Assembly (NCBI GenBank): GCA_965644295.1
Contig: CBFFRP010000577.1
Span: 124,001 to 188,000, forward strand
Length of the DNA stretch: 64,000 nucleotides
Direction of reading: 5' to 3'
Origin: Paraphysomonas bandaiensis
Lineage: Eukaryota > Protista > Chrysophyceae
The notes beneath the pieces are model-generated. The model did not search any database. It saw only the letters and a program-made list of their open reading frames with translations, and was not told the origin of the DNA. Below are positions 33,959 through 46,523 of the stretch, piece by piece (the stretch's first letter is position 1; each line of letters begins with the position of its first letter). A program made the translations under genes and the position numbers.

Positions 33959-36033
33959 CTATTCGTTTAATGTGCATGCAATATCTCCTGTCAGAGGTTG
34001 GGAGATCTTGACGACTTTGAGTCCTGCTCTGAGAACCGCCCTTCGGAGTGCTGCTATCACATAAGAGCGTCCACTGTATATTCTTTTGGTCTGCATGCGG
34101 AGAGATACATATTAGAAGTGTAAGTCATATATGCAGACACATGGAGCTACCGTGATGCGACTACGCTGACATATGAAACACTATGTAACAACAATAACGT
34201 ACTGTATACCTCGTTCCATGGAGATCTATGCGTAATCCAGAGAGAGTAGTTGATACAATTGTTAAGGGTGTCAACACCAGTAGCATAAATATTTACATCA
34301 GACCAGTCACAACGTTTCTTTACCCGCACATACTCTTCGACCTCTCTCCACACCTGATCGTAAGCTTCTTCAGTCCCAGAACTACTCAGAGAAATTGATA
34401 CTTCGAGTGTAGCTCCTGGGGATTCGTGCAGATTTATCACTCGCTTATTGAAAAGGATGTGGTTGGGAAACTTCATCTTTTCATTGTATTTGGTCACAAT
34501 CGTTGTGTATGCCAGACTTATGGCTGAGACATTCCCAATTACATCATCTCCTCTGCCACTGTCGCCACAGACAATCACTCTATTCCCAATATCGTAAGGC
34601 AACATTACCATAACATACACCACAGATAGACAAAGGCTGCCGAACGATGGCCCAAGTGCAAAAGACAGTCCAAATATCACTGTCAGGAGTGGGGCCAGCC
34701 GCTGTGTGCTTTCCAGCTGAAGTATGATTTGAGCTAACAGGAGCATTAGAACCCAGAATACGGCGTCCACTATGGACAACACTGACTGGTGCAAACTACG
34801 CAGGTCTGACAGCGAGGCAGATGCATACCTGGCTGTTTTATATGCCTCTACAGCACCTGAAATCAACATATCTTCGGTTACACTCTCAGTGTACGACGAC
34901 CCCGGAGAGAAACCGAATAATTCCCCAGCTTGCGTTTGGAGATCATCTGGAAGCATGGTGAGCAAACTATCAACAGTCAGACGGTTCGCTGCACTATCAT
35001 ACTGAGAAAAACCCAGAAGTCTCGTAAAAATAAATCTTCCGAGAGCTACAGCTTGTTGCCTGGATAATATTGGCACCCCATCCACTTGTAGTCCTTGTGC
35101 CCGGATTTCCTGAACCCTCGCCCAGAACCCCATCTCATTGGAGGAAAACTCACTCCCAATTGACTTATTGCTACGGTCACTGGTAGCACTATCATTTTCA
35201 GTTGAATAAAAACTCGCACTACTGTTCACTGAGCAAAGAAGTGAGAGTATTTTCTGGTATCTGTATATGACTTCTACTCGACTTCTGAACCGCACTTCGA
35301 GTAACAAGGCATAATGTCTCCTCTGCATCAGACTTTTTAAAGAATACAACAGCAGCACGCATGCTGCTGTAGTTATAAGTGCTCGCCAGTTTGCTAATGA
35401 CCTAGGTAAGGACATGGTGTATAAAACATTACTCATAACACACAGGGTCATGAAATGACCGAGTGGACCCTTCAATGTACTGATATAAAAGAGGACTTTG
35501 TAGGAGCCACACCAAGCTCTCTCCAACAGTACGAAAAAAGTGTGATCAACGCAACAAGATAGTACCTCAGTTAAAACGAGCGCGATCATGAATCGAAGCC
35601 ATTGCTTCGGCTTAACGCCCATAAGAGACCTTTCGTTGTTACTGTCTCCACTAGAGTACAGAGCAAGGGATATCAGCACACCAAGACCTATATACCACTG
35701 GAGAATATTACCAACTCGTTGTCTAACATCAAGAAGATCTGATAGCAAAGAGTAACAGGAAGGCACAATACTATGCATGTCCATGTTGTGTATGCTGCTG
35801 ATAGCTGTCGCAATGTCTCTGCTCCGTCTCTCCACCTCTCGAAGAATGTCATCTGCCTCAATATTGTCTTCCCCAGTTACACTAAATCGCTCGAGCTCCT
35901 CCCTTAAAGTAGACCGGCGTGTGTGGGTGCCAGTGGCCTGAGACAGGTCTCTCGATACCTTATCGTGAGCTGTGCGCTGCACTGGGCCGGAAGGGATCTC
36001 CTTATCTGAGAAAGGCACACTGTCATAGTTCAT
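33959..36033 (-). CDS. MscS-family mechanosensitive ion channel, 2 exons (36033-34210, 34090-33959)
   Basis: Multiple TM segments; LSFALG, PYDIGNRV and KFPNHILFNKRVINLHES MscS motifs; in-frame GT-AG intron. Confidence 0.85.
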
Positions 36034-36155
36034 ATTACACTACACAGATTATTACCAATAGTGCTGTCTCCGCTGTCTCGTCATGACCCCCTGAAACCTC
36101 CACAACACTCTTGACTGCCTATAAACTCAGCCAGCAAGTATCTTCACTAGGATAC

Positions 36156-36460
36156 GTATGTGTATGTATGTATGTAGGTAGGTATGTAGGTATGTATGTA
36201 TGTATGTATGTATGTATGTATGTAGGTAGGTAGGTAGGTAGGTAGGTATGTATGTATGTATGTATGTATGTATGTATGTATGTATGTATGTATGTATGTA
36301 TGTATGTATGTATGTATGTATGTATGTATGTATGTATGTATGTATGTATGTATGTATGTATGTATGTATGTATGTATGTATGTATGTATGTATGTATGTA
36401 TGTATGTATGTATGTATGTATGTATGTATGTATGTATGTATGTATGTATGTATGTATGTA
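36156..36460. repeat. (TATG)n microsatellite with TAGG variants
   Basis: Directly visible. Confidence 0.98.
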
Positions 36461-36707
36461 CAGGAGAGTTTTGATATAGAGTATCCAGCTCTACGATATC
36501 CTGAGTATTGTATCAATATCGTGTATAGCGTATAGCGTATAGCAGTATATACCGGTACACATTAGTACAGTTGTATTCCTTCAACGTCACAGTCGACCAC
36601 GCACGATCACACACATAAAGTCACCGTTAATTGAGCAGCCTTCACACTCCTCTTAATGTCATTATATGCTAAGAAGAGTTTGATTGAGATGGTATTAGTC
36701 TTTTCTT

Positions 36708-39100
36708 GTGCATAGATCACAGTTAGAGATGGCTCTGGAGGATGTGCTCTGCAAGTATAGCGCAGGGCTCAGGGAGTGCCCGTCGCATGTAATAGTCCAC
36801 CAGTCCAGACATCAAGGCAGCAGGATGTTTTCTGTTCTTAATGGTCTTCATCGCTCTGTGTCAGTGCGTGCGTGCCTTTTCTCCGACAGTGAGGTGTACC
36901 CCCTCATGGAGGGGTTCAGAGTGGGCCGCCACAGCTCATCCCCTGCACTGCAAGCTATGCACAAGGGTCTCGTGGCTGCCTTTCACTCCCTTCAACGGGG
37001 GACTCCAGACTATGGATCGTTCTCATATCGACCCTGTGCCCTCTGTCTATCGCTCTCATGCTCCATCCAGCCATTCTCACTACACATCGTTTGTGCAGAT
37101 GATCCATCTGTGCGTCTGTATCACACCCTACTACAGAGTCCCAAGAATCAACCGGCTCCCAACTTGCCTTTAAAACAATTACTCTATGAGTGTTCACAAA
37201 ACGGAGCTATGGTCCTTCAGGCCACATCCACAGAGCCTTCTGTCACTGCGCAATACGCATCAGCCGATTATTCGGACAGTGTCAATAGCAGCCTCAGCGC
37301 TGATGACCCCCAATCGTCATCAGTCAGTGCTGTGGGTGGAGGACTCTTTGGTTCTCTTTTCCGGAGATCAGTGCGGGCCTTAGGTCTATCAACAGAGCCA
37401 GATGGCACGATGGCTACGTTCGGGGCAGTCACCAGTTCGACTGGAGGAAATGGTGACTGGGATGAAGAGAGCCAGGGCTCCTCTGCCTCTGCGTTGTGCA
37501 GTACTACAGAGAGTGCCGCCTTGTCCGCTCCATCTCACGTGGCTCTTCAGCCACTGTTTCATCCATCTTGTGTTGCTTTCCTCCGATGGGCTGCGAGAGA
37601 TATGTCTTGGTATACTTTCACTGGCGTACTCTTACCCACAGAGGGTGTTTGTTACATTTCGTCGTCACCTTCATCATTGGAGGTAGTATTGCCAGGCATT
37701 CGTCGACATGTATGCAAATTGTCGCTGCGTTCACCAAGTGATCTTCTTAGTACCCTTTCTGACGCCGACCCGCTATCTTCGCACGCAGGGCAAGTCTTGG
37801 CATTTCCGTGGGCCCAAGTCTGGCTTAATGGAGTTGAGGTGCCTCCGTCATGTCCACGAGATGTGTACGACGGAGATATTTTAGTGATTGGGTCTATTCG
37901 TCACACTTTCAATGTGCGGAGAATAAATAAGACTCAAGTCATGGTGCAGCCCTCAGTGCCCCCCCCCTGCTCTTGCTTACTAGAAGATAGTGACCACGAT
38001 GACCGCTCGCTTCGGAAAGCTGCCGACCAAATTTTAATGGTGTCTGACGATTCCAGTACAAACACCCCATATCATCCTACTATCGGCAAAGAAAGTCATC
38101 TCAAAGCGTGGTACCCTTCTGACATGAAGGGCATGTCAACTGACCCGATTCTACGTATGTTATTAGAGGAAGTTAAGGGCTGGTTTAGATGGTTTGGCCT
38201 TCGGGCGAGATTACATGCTACGTTGACTCTGACGAAAGCAACCACTGAAGCTCCAACTACCCCGAGGAAGAGAAGATCCAATGAGGGGAGGAGTGATGTC
38301 GTCACACTTATCTTGTAAGTACTATCTCCATCTCGTTTCGCTTGCCATGCCCTGTTGTGCATAATGGGTATCTTCAATACGACTCCCGCTGTTGTGTGCA
38401 TTGATATTGTATGTTCGTTCTGTGCAGGTGTGTGGCCACGGATCATATTCTTTACAAGCCTGTTGAGAGCAGTGTGGAAAAGGTACTCATGCAACATTCA
38501 TGTGCCCTTTCAATTTCCTCGGTTACCTCTCTTGTGCATCGTTTGTGTGAATTTGGGACGAAAGTATCTGAGGTTTTGTATGACATAGCAGCCAGTTTTC
38601 ACAATGTTGATGCAGAGGCAGTTTTGGCTGTGCAGTCTATGGAGCATCACGTTGCATCGTTAGAGTACAAAGGGCTTTGTGATATAGTCGAAGCTCCTAT
38701 TCCAGCACTAATTACGCGACTACTTACCTCAGTTGAGAGCTCTTCAGTCTCTGTTGAGAAGATAGATATTTCCGGTGACTGTATGTGGGTAGATCATGTC
38801 GTGAAGGCCTTAGTAGATCATGATCTAGTCCCTGTCTATGCCATGGGATGGGGAAAGGAGCATGATGGAAGGCCGTTAACTGAACTACTAAAGGAGGACC
38901 TGATCGATCTGTGGCGTCCAGTATGGGCAGCACATAACAGAGAGGTTGTACTCGAGTTAACCATACACTGCTGTCTACTCCTTCGTCTTTCTCAGGACTG
39001 TTTTGGGCAGACGGCGAAAACGGGACCAACACCTCGATTCGGTGCACTTTTTCACTGGCTTTATCAGTCGTGCTGTACACAAACTGATGATACGATATAA
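36708..39100 (+). CDS. Hypothetical multi-exon protein with an FHA-like segment
   Basis: ORFs 36708-38318 and 38411-39100; AQVWLNGVEV...DGDILVIGSIRHTFNV resembles kinesin-3-type FHA; start and introns uncertain. Confidence 0.5.
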
Positions 39101-40019
39101 TTTATATTGATAGAATATGTCTTCGAGTGCTATGTATTCTATTATATTAAGGTCCATATATCATCAGCCATATTGTATATAACAGCAGTAGACTGTTTAC
39201 TGTCAGCAAATTTCTACCTTGCTGTTTTATCGTATCGATGGGTATCATGAGTGATGCGCATTGTTGTCCTTAACCCTGACTGTTTTTATTGTAACCGCTT
39301 ATGCAAAGACTGCTATCGGAATTTTAAAATTTAATATCATCTTCAGATATTCTTAGTTCTTAGCACTACTTGTAACGCGTTCCAACAACAACAGTGTAGT
39401 TGTACCATTACTGATACATTTTTAAGTAAATTATTTTCTACGTTCTACGATACAGCAAAACTATAATATCCATATATAGGTATATAGGATAATCTCACAT
39501 AATAATTTATTTATATAATTGGCGATTTGAGTGATATACTGGTATCAGAAGTCAATGCACATGTGTTCTTTGAGAAAATAAACGCAATAGAGACTTGGCA
39601 ATGCCGGGAGTGTCCTGTGTAGGAAAAGGTGTTCTCCAGCGAAAGAAGAGTTCTGGTCGCAGCATGCCATCAAACACGACGGATGGAAAGATAAAGTTTT
39701 AGCTGCCCAGCGAGGTGGTGGTGCGTGATGTAATTGACATAACTGAACAATACTTTCACACTATGCTTAGATTATAAGTTAGAAACATATAGCAACTAGC
39801 AACATATAAGAAACTTATGAGCAATATCACTTGTCAATCGCCAATTCATGTTGTCTCAACTACCAATCATTTCCATACAATATTAGATATCACGATCTTA
39901 TGCGGTCATTATATTCCAGTTTCACTACTATGACTGCTATCATGACATTAGTTCTAGTAATACAGTTAACCACTTCTGTAGTCTTCCACTAACAGTCATA
40001 GGCCAAATATCTTTGAACT

Positions 40020-40735
40020 ACAGATTTCAATTGAACTCAAACAGCAAATACGTAGAGCGTATGGTATCACCTCAAGTGTTGGATTGGGTGATAACGGATG
40101 ACCTTCGATTTCTTTTGTGGAAAATCCATTGACACAAAAGAATACCAGGTTGAGGAATATGGAAGTATATATATGGAAGCCTTGAAGCCTTGGACTTACA
40201 GGTCGAAAGCAAGATCAATGCAATTCGGTTTGATTGTTGATGGGTGGACATGCAGCAAGTAACAATCAAATTAAAATATTTTGCTCGATGAGCGAGTATG
40301 AAGAAGATGATGACAGTAAGAGTCTAGCTCAGAGTGACGACGCGGCGAAACGTTTGATTGATGGGAGCAGGCAACGGAAGCGAGCACGTCTTAGCCAAAA
40401 AACTCGATACCGCAGCATGAAGCGCTTGCATGCCACAACCAATAGGTTGAAAGGTTGTTCAGTAGGGCGAAGGTTGTTAAGACTGATTTTCACAAGAGTA
40501 TGACTCTTCGGCATTTAGAATTACTTATGTTTTTACGCATGTACCGTCGCTCGCCTCTGGAATGAAATGACAGTTGAGGTAGCTATATTGGTAGCTAATG
40601 AAGTTTAGTATTAAATAATTGCAATTAACTGCTATTAATTGCAATCGTTGAAATTGAGCCAGCATGTAATAATTGCAATTATAATTGACTACAACCTGCG
40701 TCAATTAACTGGCAATTAATTGATACGCAGCCCTG
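40020..40735 (+). mobile_element. Degraded hAT transposon 3' part: transposase dimerization domain plus terminal inverted repeat
   Basis: Frameshifted ATTN/VERLFSRAKVVKTDFHKSMTLRHLELLMFLRM..LWNEMTV (VERLFS at 40446-40463); subterminal AATTGCAATT repeats; ends GCAGCCCTG (reverse complement CAGGGCTGC). Confidence 0.75.
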
Positions 40736-40749
40736 CTCCTTATTACCCG

Positions 40750-41515
40750 TGGCTAAATATAACTATATCAAAGTGTACGCCGCGTGTTGTTCGCCATGGA
40801 ATTAATATGGCCTGAGTCATTGTGGCCACAGAGCCATCAGACAGCAACTAGGATGTGCAGTCTGCCAGAATCCACTCAGGTGCACCTTTCACATATACAC
40901 CCTTACACTTCTATCAGTCCGGTGAAGAAAAGCTGTAGACCGCCTCTTGGCGCTATTAATGAGAATCTGTCGGATTTCTCATCGAATATATTCCTCACTA
41001 TCACCTCATAGTCCAACCCCCAGCTGTGGCCACAAGTATAACTGTCCCTCCTTGTTACCGATGATATTGGGGCGAGGAAAAGGATTGCCAGTGTGAATGA
41101 GATATGCTATGCTGTTTACGCAACTGATCTCAGACACAATATATTTTACGACTTTTTTCGCTATGCAATTATTAGTGGCTTTGCCCTTGTTTCACAGACG
41201 GTCAAAACCCTAATCAAGCACTGATCTTCATACATCTTCACCGTGGAGAATGCCAGTAATATGGTAACTGCGAGTGGAAGTCCTTCCGGGATAGCGACAA
41301 CTATGATAGTCACTGCAATAATGAATGCCTCCATCCACCCATTGCATTCTTCCCATCATGACGCAGGCAGATAGAGGCCACCATTACTAATATAACCGTC
41401 TAGAATATACCTCATCATGATGTTCCAACTTATCTTCTAGTGAAGCATTCATCGCCTCAGAGACAAGGATAGCCTTCGCATACCCCACTGAGAGGACTGC
41501 CCAACTCCCACGAAA
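40750..41515 (-). pseudogene. Fragment of a P2B (PMCA-type) Ca2+-ATPase with frameshifts and stops
   Basis: [69 protein letters not shown] in shifting frames; DKTGT motif destroyed. Confidence 0.85.
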
Positions 41516-42095
41516 TATATGACACGCGTCACAATAAACCAGGGCTCTATCAGCAGACAGGAGGAGAGCAAGAAGCAGTCCTCATCCTTGCTCTTGGGCA
41601 GGTCCTCGCCAGTAAGGGTCCCTTCGTTGCCATCAACTCCTCATCTCCACATGGAGACGCGTTTCGACAAAGTGGACCAGCCCTGCAATTGGCGGTCCGT
41701 AGATGGTCCCACTCCAAATAAAAAAATTGTAGTTGTACAAAAACACACAACACAAAAAAAAGAAGTGGGCACCCATGCATACATACATATACTGTATGTA
41801 CTGTACGTAGGAATTCCTACGTAGTTTGGTTGCTGATCTACTTGGTGTCTTTGCAAAAAAAATCCAGGTTTTAGTCCGAATTCCAGGTTCAAAAAGTTGA
41901 GAAAAACTTATTTTGCGTCCAAATGTTTTGCGTTTTTTCGTACAGAAAACCGCGTAATTTTCAAGTGGTGTGCACTGTGGTTGTACTCGTGGAGCTGTTC
42001 ATATGCACCCTCTTGGTGATACAGGAAACCCGTCCAGTAAATACATTAACAATAACGCAGTTAACCATTACTCGCTGTTGAGCCAGTCTTACACG

Positions 42096-42413
42096 ATGGC
42101 AGGACGTTTGCAACCCCTTGAACTAGTTGATAAATGCATTGGAAGTAGAATATGGATCGTCATGAAGGTTGCTCTGTCAGTTTTGCTTAGTGTATATAGC
42201 TGATCATTCGTATGTTGTCTGCAGAGCGAGAAGGAGCTTGTAGGAACATTACGTGGGTTTGATGAGTACGTTAATATGGTGCTCGATGACGTAACAGAGA
42301 TTGAGTTCGTCGGCGGAGTGCGGAGAGAAACTCAGATGGACCAGATTCTACTTAATGGCGCGCATGTGTGTATTCTTGTACCAGGAGGAGACCCTACAGC
42401 TGTAGGGCCCTAA
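42096..42413 (+). CDS. LSM5: U6 snRNA-associated Sm-like protein LSm5, intron 42168-42224
   Basis: [18 protein letters not shown]|[25 protein letters not shown]...[15 protein letters not shown]. Confidence 0.95.
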
Positions 42414-42687
42414 GGCGTTGATAATTTGTGCTATTATTTGTATATCAGTTGATTCGTATGTAATAATACAATGCCGCCCAACGCTTCGCGAATACATTTT
42501 CTCAACTCCCAGAATTGCCACACTGTATATTATGAATATAAATAGCCCTCCATGAATTGGCAATATCTATTGAAAATTGAAATAGCTGATGTTATTATTT
42601 GCAAAGTAACGAGCTTGTGAACACTATATACCTATATATTATATTCCAGGGAACAATATATTGCAATAGTATTGTTGGGCCGGTTAT

Positions 42688-43683
42688 ATGTGTCTTAATT
42701 GACCACACGCTTCCATCTCTCTGATACGAGAATCTGCCTTTCAGAGACACAAGGAGTATCTTCGCAAACTTCTAATTGACCTGACACTACCACCTTGGAG
42801 TACCGCCATTCTCAAGAAACTCTCCAGCAGAGCCTGGAGTGCCTCACTTCCGCAGTTTGAACGATTCTGGACAGGAAGTATCACCAAGGTTCAAATGGAA
42901 AGCGTTTTTGGAACGCAATACCATTACACCCTCAATTCGCGTGGACGACGAGCCCTCGATGACGCAGTTATTACCCTTTTTCAACCGCTTTACGCTGCAG
43001 CCAAACAAATGCTCCAAGTTCGTAGTGGGCGCTGTCAAACCTAAGGCGCCACATCGACTGCCTTCTAGACCGCGTCAGCGACGTGTGGCAACACACGACG
43101 CAGGGCAGGGAGGAGTCCGCAGTTTTCCTCCAGATTACGTCTAACATGCGGCAACACACGATTTAAATGGAGCAACACCCAGCGGAAACAGCGGGTTCTA
43201 CGCTTACTATACGTGTAAAGCGAGACCAAACGCCCCCCTCCGGTTGCCTTCCTCTTCCACCACCCCCGCCTCAGCAGAGACGCCACGTTGCAAACTCCGT
43301 CAGCTACTCCTCTGCTCCAGGCCCAACTTGCAGATGGAGCCATTCCAAGACACGCCGGAGCACCAAATACACTCTCGCCTATGTATCTCAGGTTAAGAAC
43401 ACTTGACTCACTGATACAGAATCCTCCTCCACAAGTCCTGCGGAGCCCAAGGGGCGTCCCCCTGACTAATCCTTCTGTACTTCTCTCTCACATACATGAA
43501 CGGAAATGGTCACACCTTGGTGCTTGTGGCGACGCACAAGCAGCTTCTGTTGCGTTACATAGTACGATATGAGAATTCGTGCTAGTTAGCTACAGGTAGA
43601 GGTTGATCTAGCGTGACTAGTCTTCATCTAACTACTTATCTCGTGTTGGTTATTGACACCTACTACTAGTAATAAGGCTTTCA
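42688..43683 (+). mobile_element. Older, heavily 5'-truncated and decayed non-LTR retrotransposon related to the 44263-46139 element
   Basis: 42688-43044 translates MCLN*PHASISLIRESAFQRHK...LPPWSTAILKKLSSRAWS..PQFERFWTGSIT..PLYAAAKQM, aligning with the C-terminus of ORF 44901-46202; ends in the shared 3' tail. Confidence 0.85.
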
Positions 43684-44262
43684 CACAGGGTAAATATAAG
43701 CATTGAACTTCAATATTTAGTTTGAGCAGGAATTATCTTCCATATTAATTACGAAATTGACAGTCATTTGTATGTGATTACAGAATTCTAAGGAAACTAC
43801 AATAATGAGTCACCATTCAAAAATAAATCACCAAACACTTCTGGTAATATTCCACTCTTCGTCAGATGTAGAAGATCAAAATGATGTCAGAGAGTGTAAT
43901 CTATCCTCAAACCTGAACTTCTAAACAACGTCAAGAATATCACTGGAGAGTTCAAATTCCACATCTGATGCTGAAGTCGAGTTGAGCAATGTGGCACCCA
44001 GTCCTTTTATCAAGATTATGAGTGTAATATCATACACACACCACGCACCACACACTACACGAGTCAGTTCCACTAGTAGCAGGGGTTACACGTGATGAAC
44101 ATAAATGTGATGCCAACAACAACAACACAAAAAGCCTTGTGCAACTACAACTTTAACATTCATCATCACACGTAGGTACGAATTTCAATACGTTGCAGTT
44201 GCTATTCCCTCAGTATCCTTCTGTGGTAGGAGTACATTGGTAGTTTTGTAGTATCCATTATT

Positions 44263-46139
44263 GAATGTCTTTTTATTTAGCAATAGGCGTTAAAAACTCG
44301 TTCCGATATAGTGGCTAGTTGAATGCTAGATCTACTAGTTAGACCTCTACACATAACTAATCAGCACAAATTCTATTATCCTACTATTTAACGCTACAGA
44401 AGCTGCTTGTGCGTCGCCGCAAGCACCAAGGTGCAACCTCTTCCGTTCTTGATGTTGTTTGTGAGTTCGCCCTGCTCGTGTGTCTGAGGACTCACTGGCG
44501 CGTGTTGTCCGGGGGTCTCCCCTTGGGATAAGGTTCCGCCTGGCTCTGAGGTACCGGGCTCTGTATTAAGGTCCTAAGTGTACCGAGCACTAGATGTGTG
44601 GATTGAAAGGTTGATGGTGTGGTGGAGTGTAGCGGTGTCACCATGCACCGTCTGGGCGTTGGGCATAGGAGGAGTTGCCGGAGACGTCGTCGCCGTTGTC
44701 TAGGGCCTGTTGATTTCATACGGTCCGGTGCTATGGTCCTTTGTGTATGGTTGGGAGGGTTCATAGGTGCGGTGGGCGGTGTTCCAGTCTTGGTTCGTCA
44801 GTGGATTCCTAGTAATCTTAGCACCCTTGGGCGTTTCCGTTTCTGTCTTTTTGTTGTGGACTCGGCCGCGGTAGTAGCCTTGGGGGACCTTTCCGTAGGG
44901 TCACGTATCTTCTACTGTACTTCGATCTTGGATCATGAGCTTTGCTGCAGCGAAAAGCGGTAGAAGTAATTTGATGATCGCTGATTCGATGCTGCGCAGT
45001 CCTTGGGATGTCAGTGACTCATGGATGTGATCTCCAAAAACCATTTCAATCTGTGCAGTTGTGATGGTACCCGTCCAGAATCTCTCCACCTGTGGCACGG
45101 AAGGGTTCCAGGCCCTGCTGGAGAGTCGCTGTAGTACAGTGGTGGTCCATTGGGGTAGTTCCGGATTTCTCATTTCTTCTAGAAGCGCGTTTTTGTGGCT
45201 GTGAAATGCAGACTCCCTTATCTGCGTTAAGGTGTCGTTTGTACAGTCTAAACACATATGCTTGAGTGAGTCTAGCCTAAATCCGCAGTCAGAGCATACA
45301 GCTTTAGCCATGTCGAGTCCGTGTTTGGTTTTCGCCCGGTTTCTTTCTATGCTGAAGGATTTGTCCCATGTCAGTGCTGCATTGAGTACTCGTTGGCTCA
45401 GGTGGGAGCTCACTTTGTCCTTTGATGGTCCACCATCTGCTTGTGCCAGTTTGCGCGGAAGTAGTGCTCCGCTATCTTTCCAGTATCCAGGAGCCCGGTC
45501 GGGATTGTGACCGTAGCGTTGGTCTCGCAGAGCTGTGTAGCCCTCCAGCGCCCGTTGATTACGGAGGGATTGGAAATCCGTGAGCAGGGGGCTAGTGCGA
45601 TACGATCGTCGGTCCCCAGTTAGGCGCCAGTGCCATAAACCCTCGGTGAGTATTCTCTCGATGGCTTGGTCCACTTCCATGTTACAGACAGTGTAATTTT
45701 GTCGTCCGAGTAGTCGATCCACCTCAAGCCAGTCCCCTCCTGCTACTGCGTCGGCAATGTAAATTCCTTTGTCTTCATATGTCCATTCAGACTCATCAGA
45801 GGTGCGTCGTTCGGGGTGTGATCGGACCCAGGCTACTGTCCTTGTGCAATCGTTGTTTGCTGCAATGCTTTCGAGCAGTACACCTTTGGCACGATGCCCC
45901 AGTGCCCGACGTCTGGTGGAAAGTGCTTCATGTGTGCGTATGCAGACGGCCTTGCAGTCCGTGTTTATCGGTATGTGTGATGGGAGTCGCGCAGACAGTA
46001 TAAGCGCCATTGCTGCTCCCATGAACTCGTATGCATACGGCCCAAGTCCAGGCACGTCGCTGAAGGGTGTCTCTAATCGTAGTATTTTTGTTGTACCGGT
46101 CTTCCATTCATCCTCCGGGGGGAGCCAGACTGCCGCCGC
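44263..46139 (-). mobile_element. 5'-truncated non-LTR retrotransposon (RNase H + CCHC-type zinc finger) with 16-bp TSD
   Basis: RNase H motifs (YAYEFMG, NTDCKA, WVRSHPE, GIYIADAVA), CSDC..DSLKHMCLDC zinc finger; perfect direct repeat TGTAGTATCCATTATT at 44247-44262 and 46140-46155. Confidence 0.9.
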
Positions 46140-46523
46140 TGTAGTATCCATTATTTGTTTTGAGTAAATCTTGTATCTAGTACAATTGTATATAGATCCC
46201 ATTGATTTTTCATCTGTTTATTTAATGTTAATCAGGAAACACCTATTTCCTATTTTAGCTTGCAAGCTACACATTCTAAGCTACCAATTGCTATACGTTC
46301 TAGATTTATAAGGTGTTTAGCTTTTTGTGAGGAAGTGAGGAAAAGCTACAATTAATTTAACCTAGGGATAAGGAATATCATCTTTTATATAAAACTCGGG
46401 ATATTTGCCCACGTTTCAAGAATACAACCGCAGAACCGCAACCATCACAATAGAATTCTTCTAGTTTGCTTAGTGATGTACAGTTAATCTGTTCCTGCAA
46501 ATATTTCGGCAAGTCCATATCGC

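Noticed and set aside
39590-39690. EKVFSSERRVL as a second hAT ERxFS motif
   Set aside because: Isolated match in a stop-interrupted frame with no supporting context.
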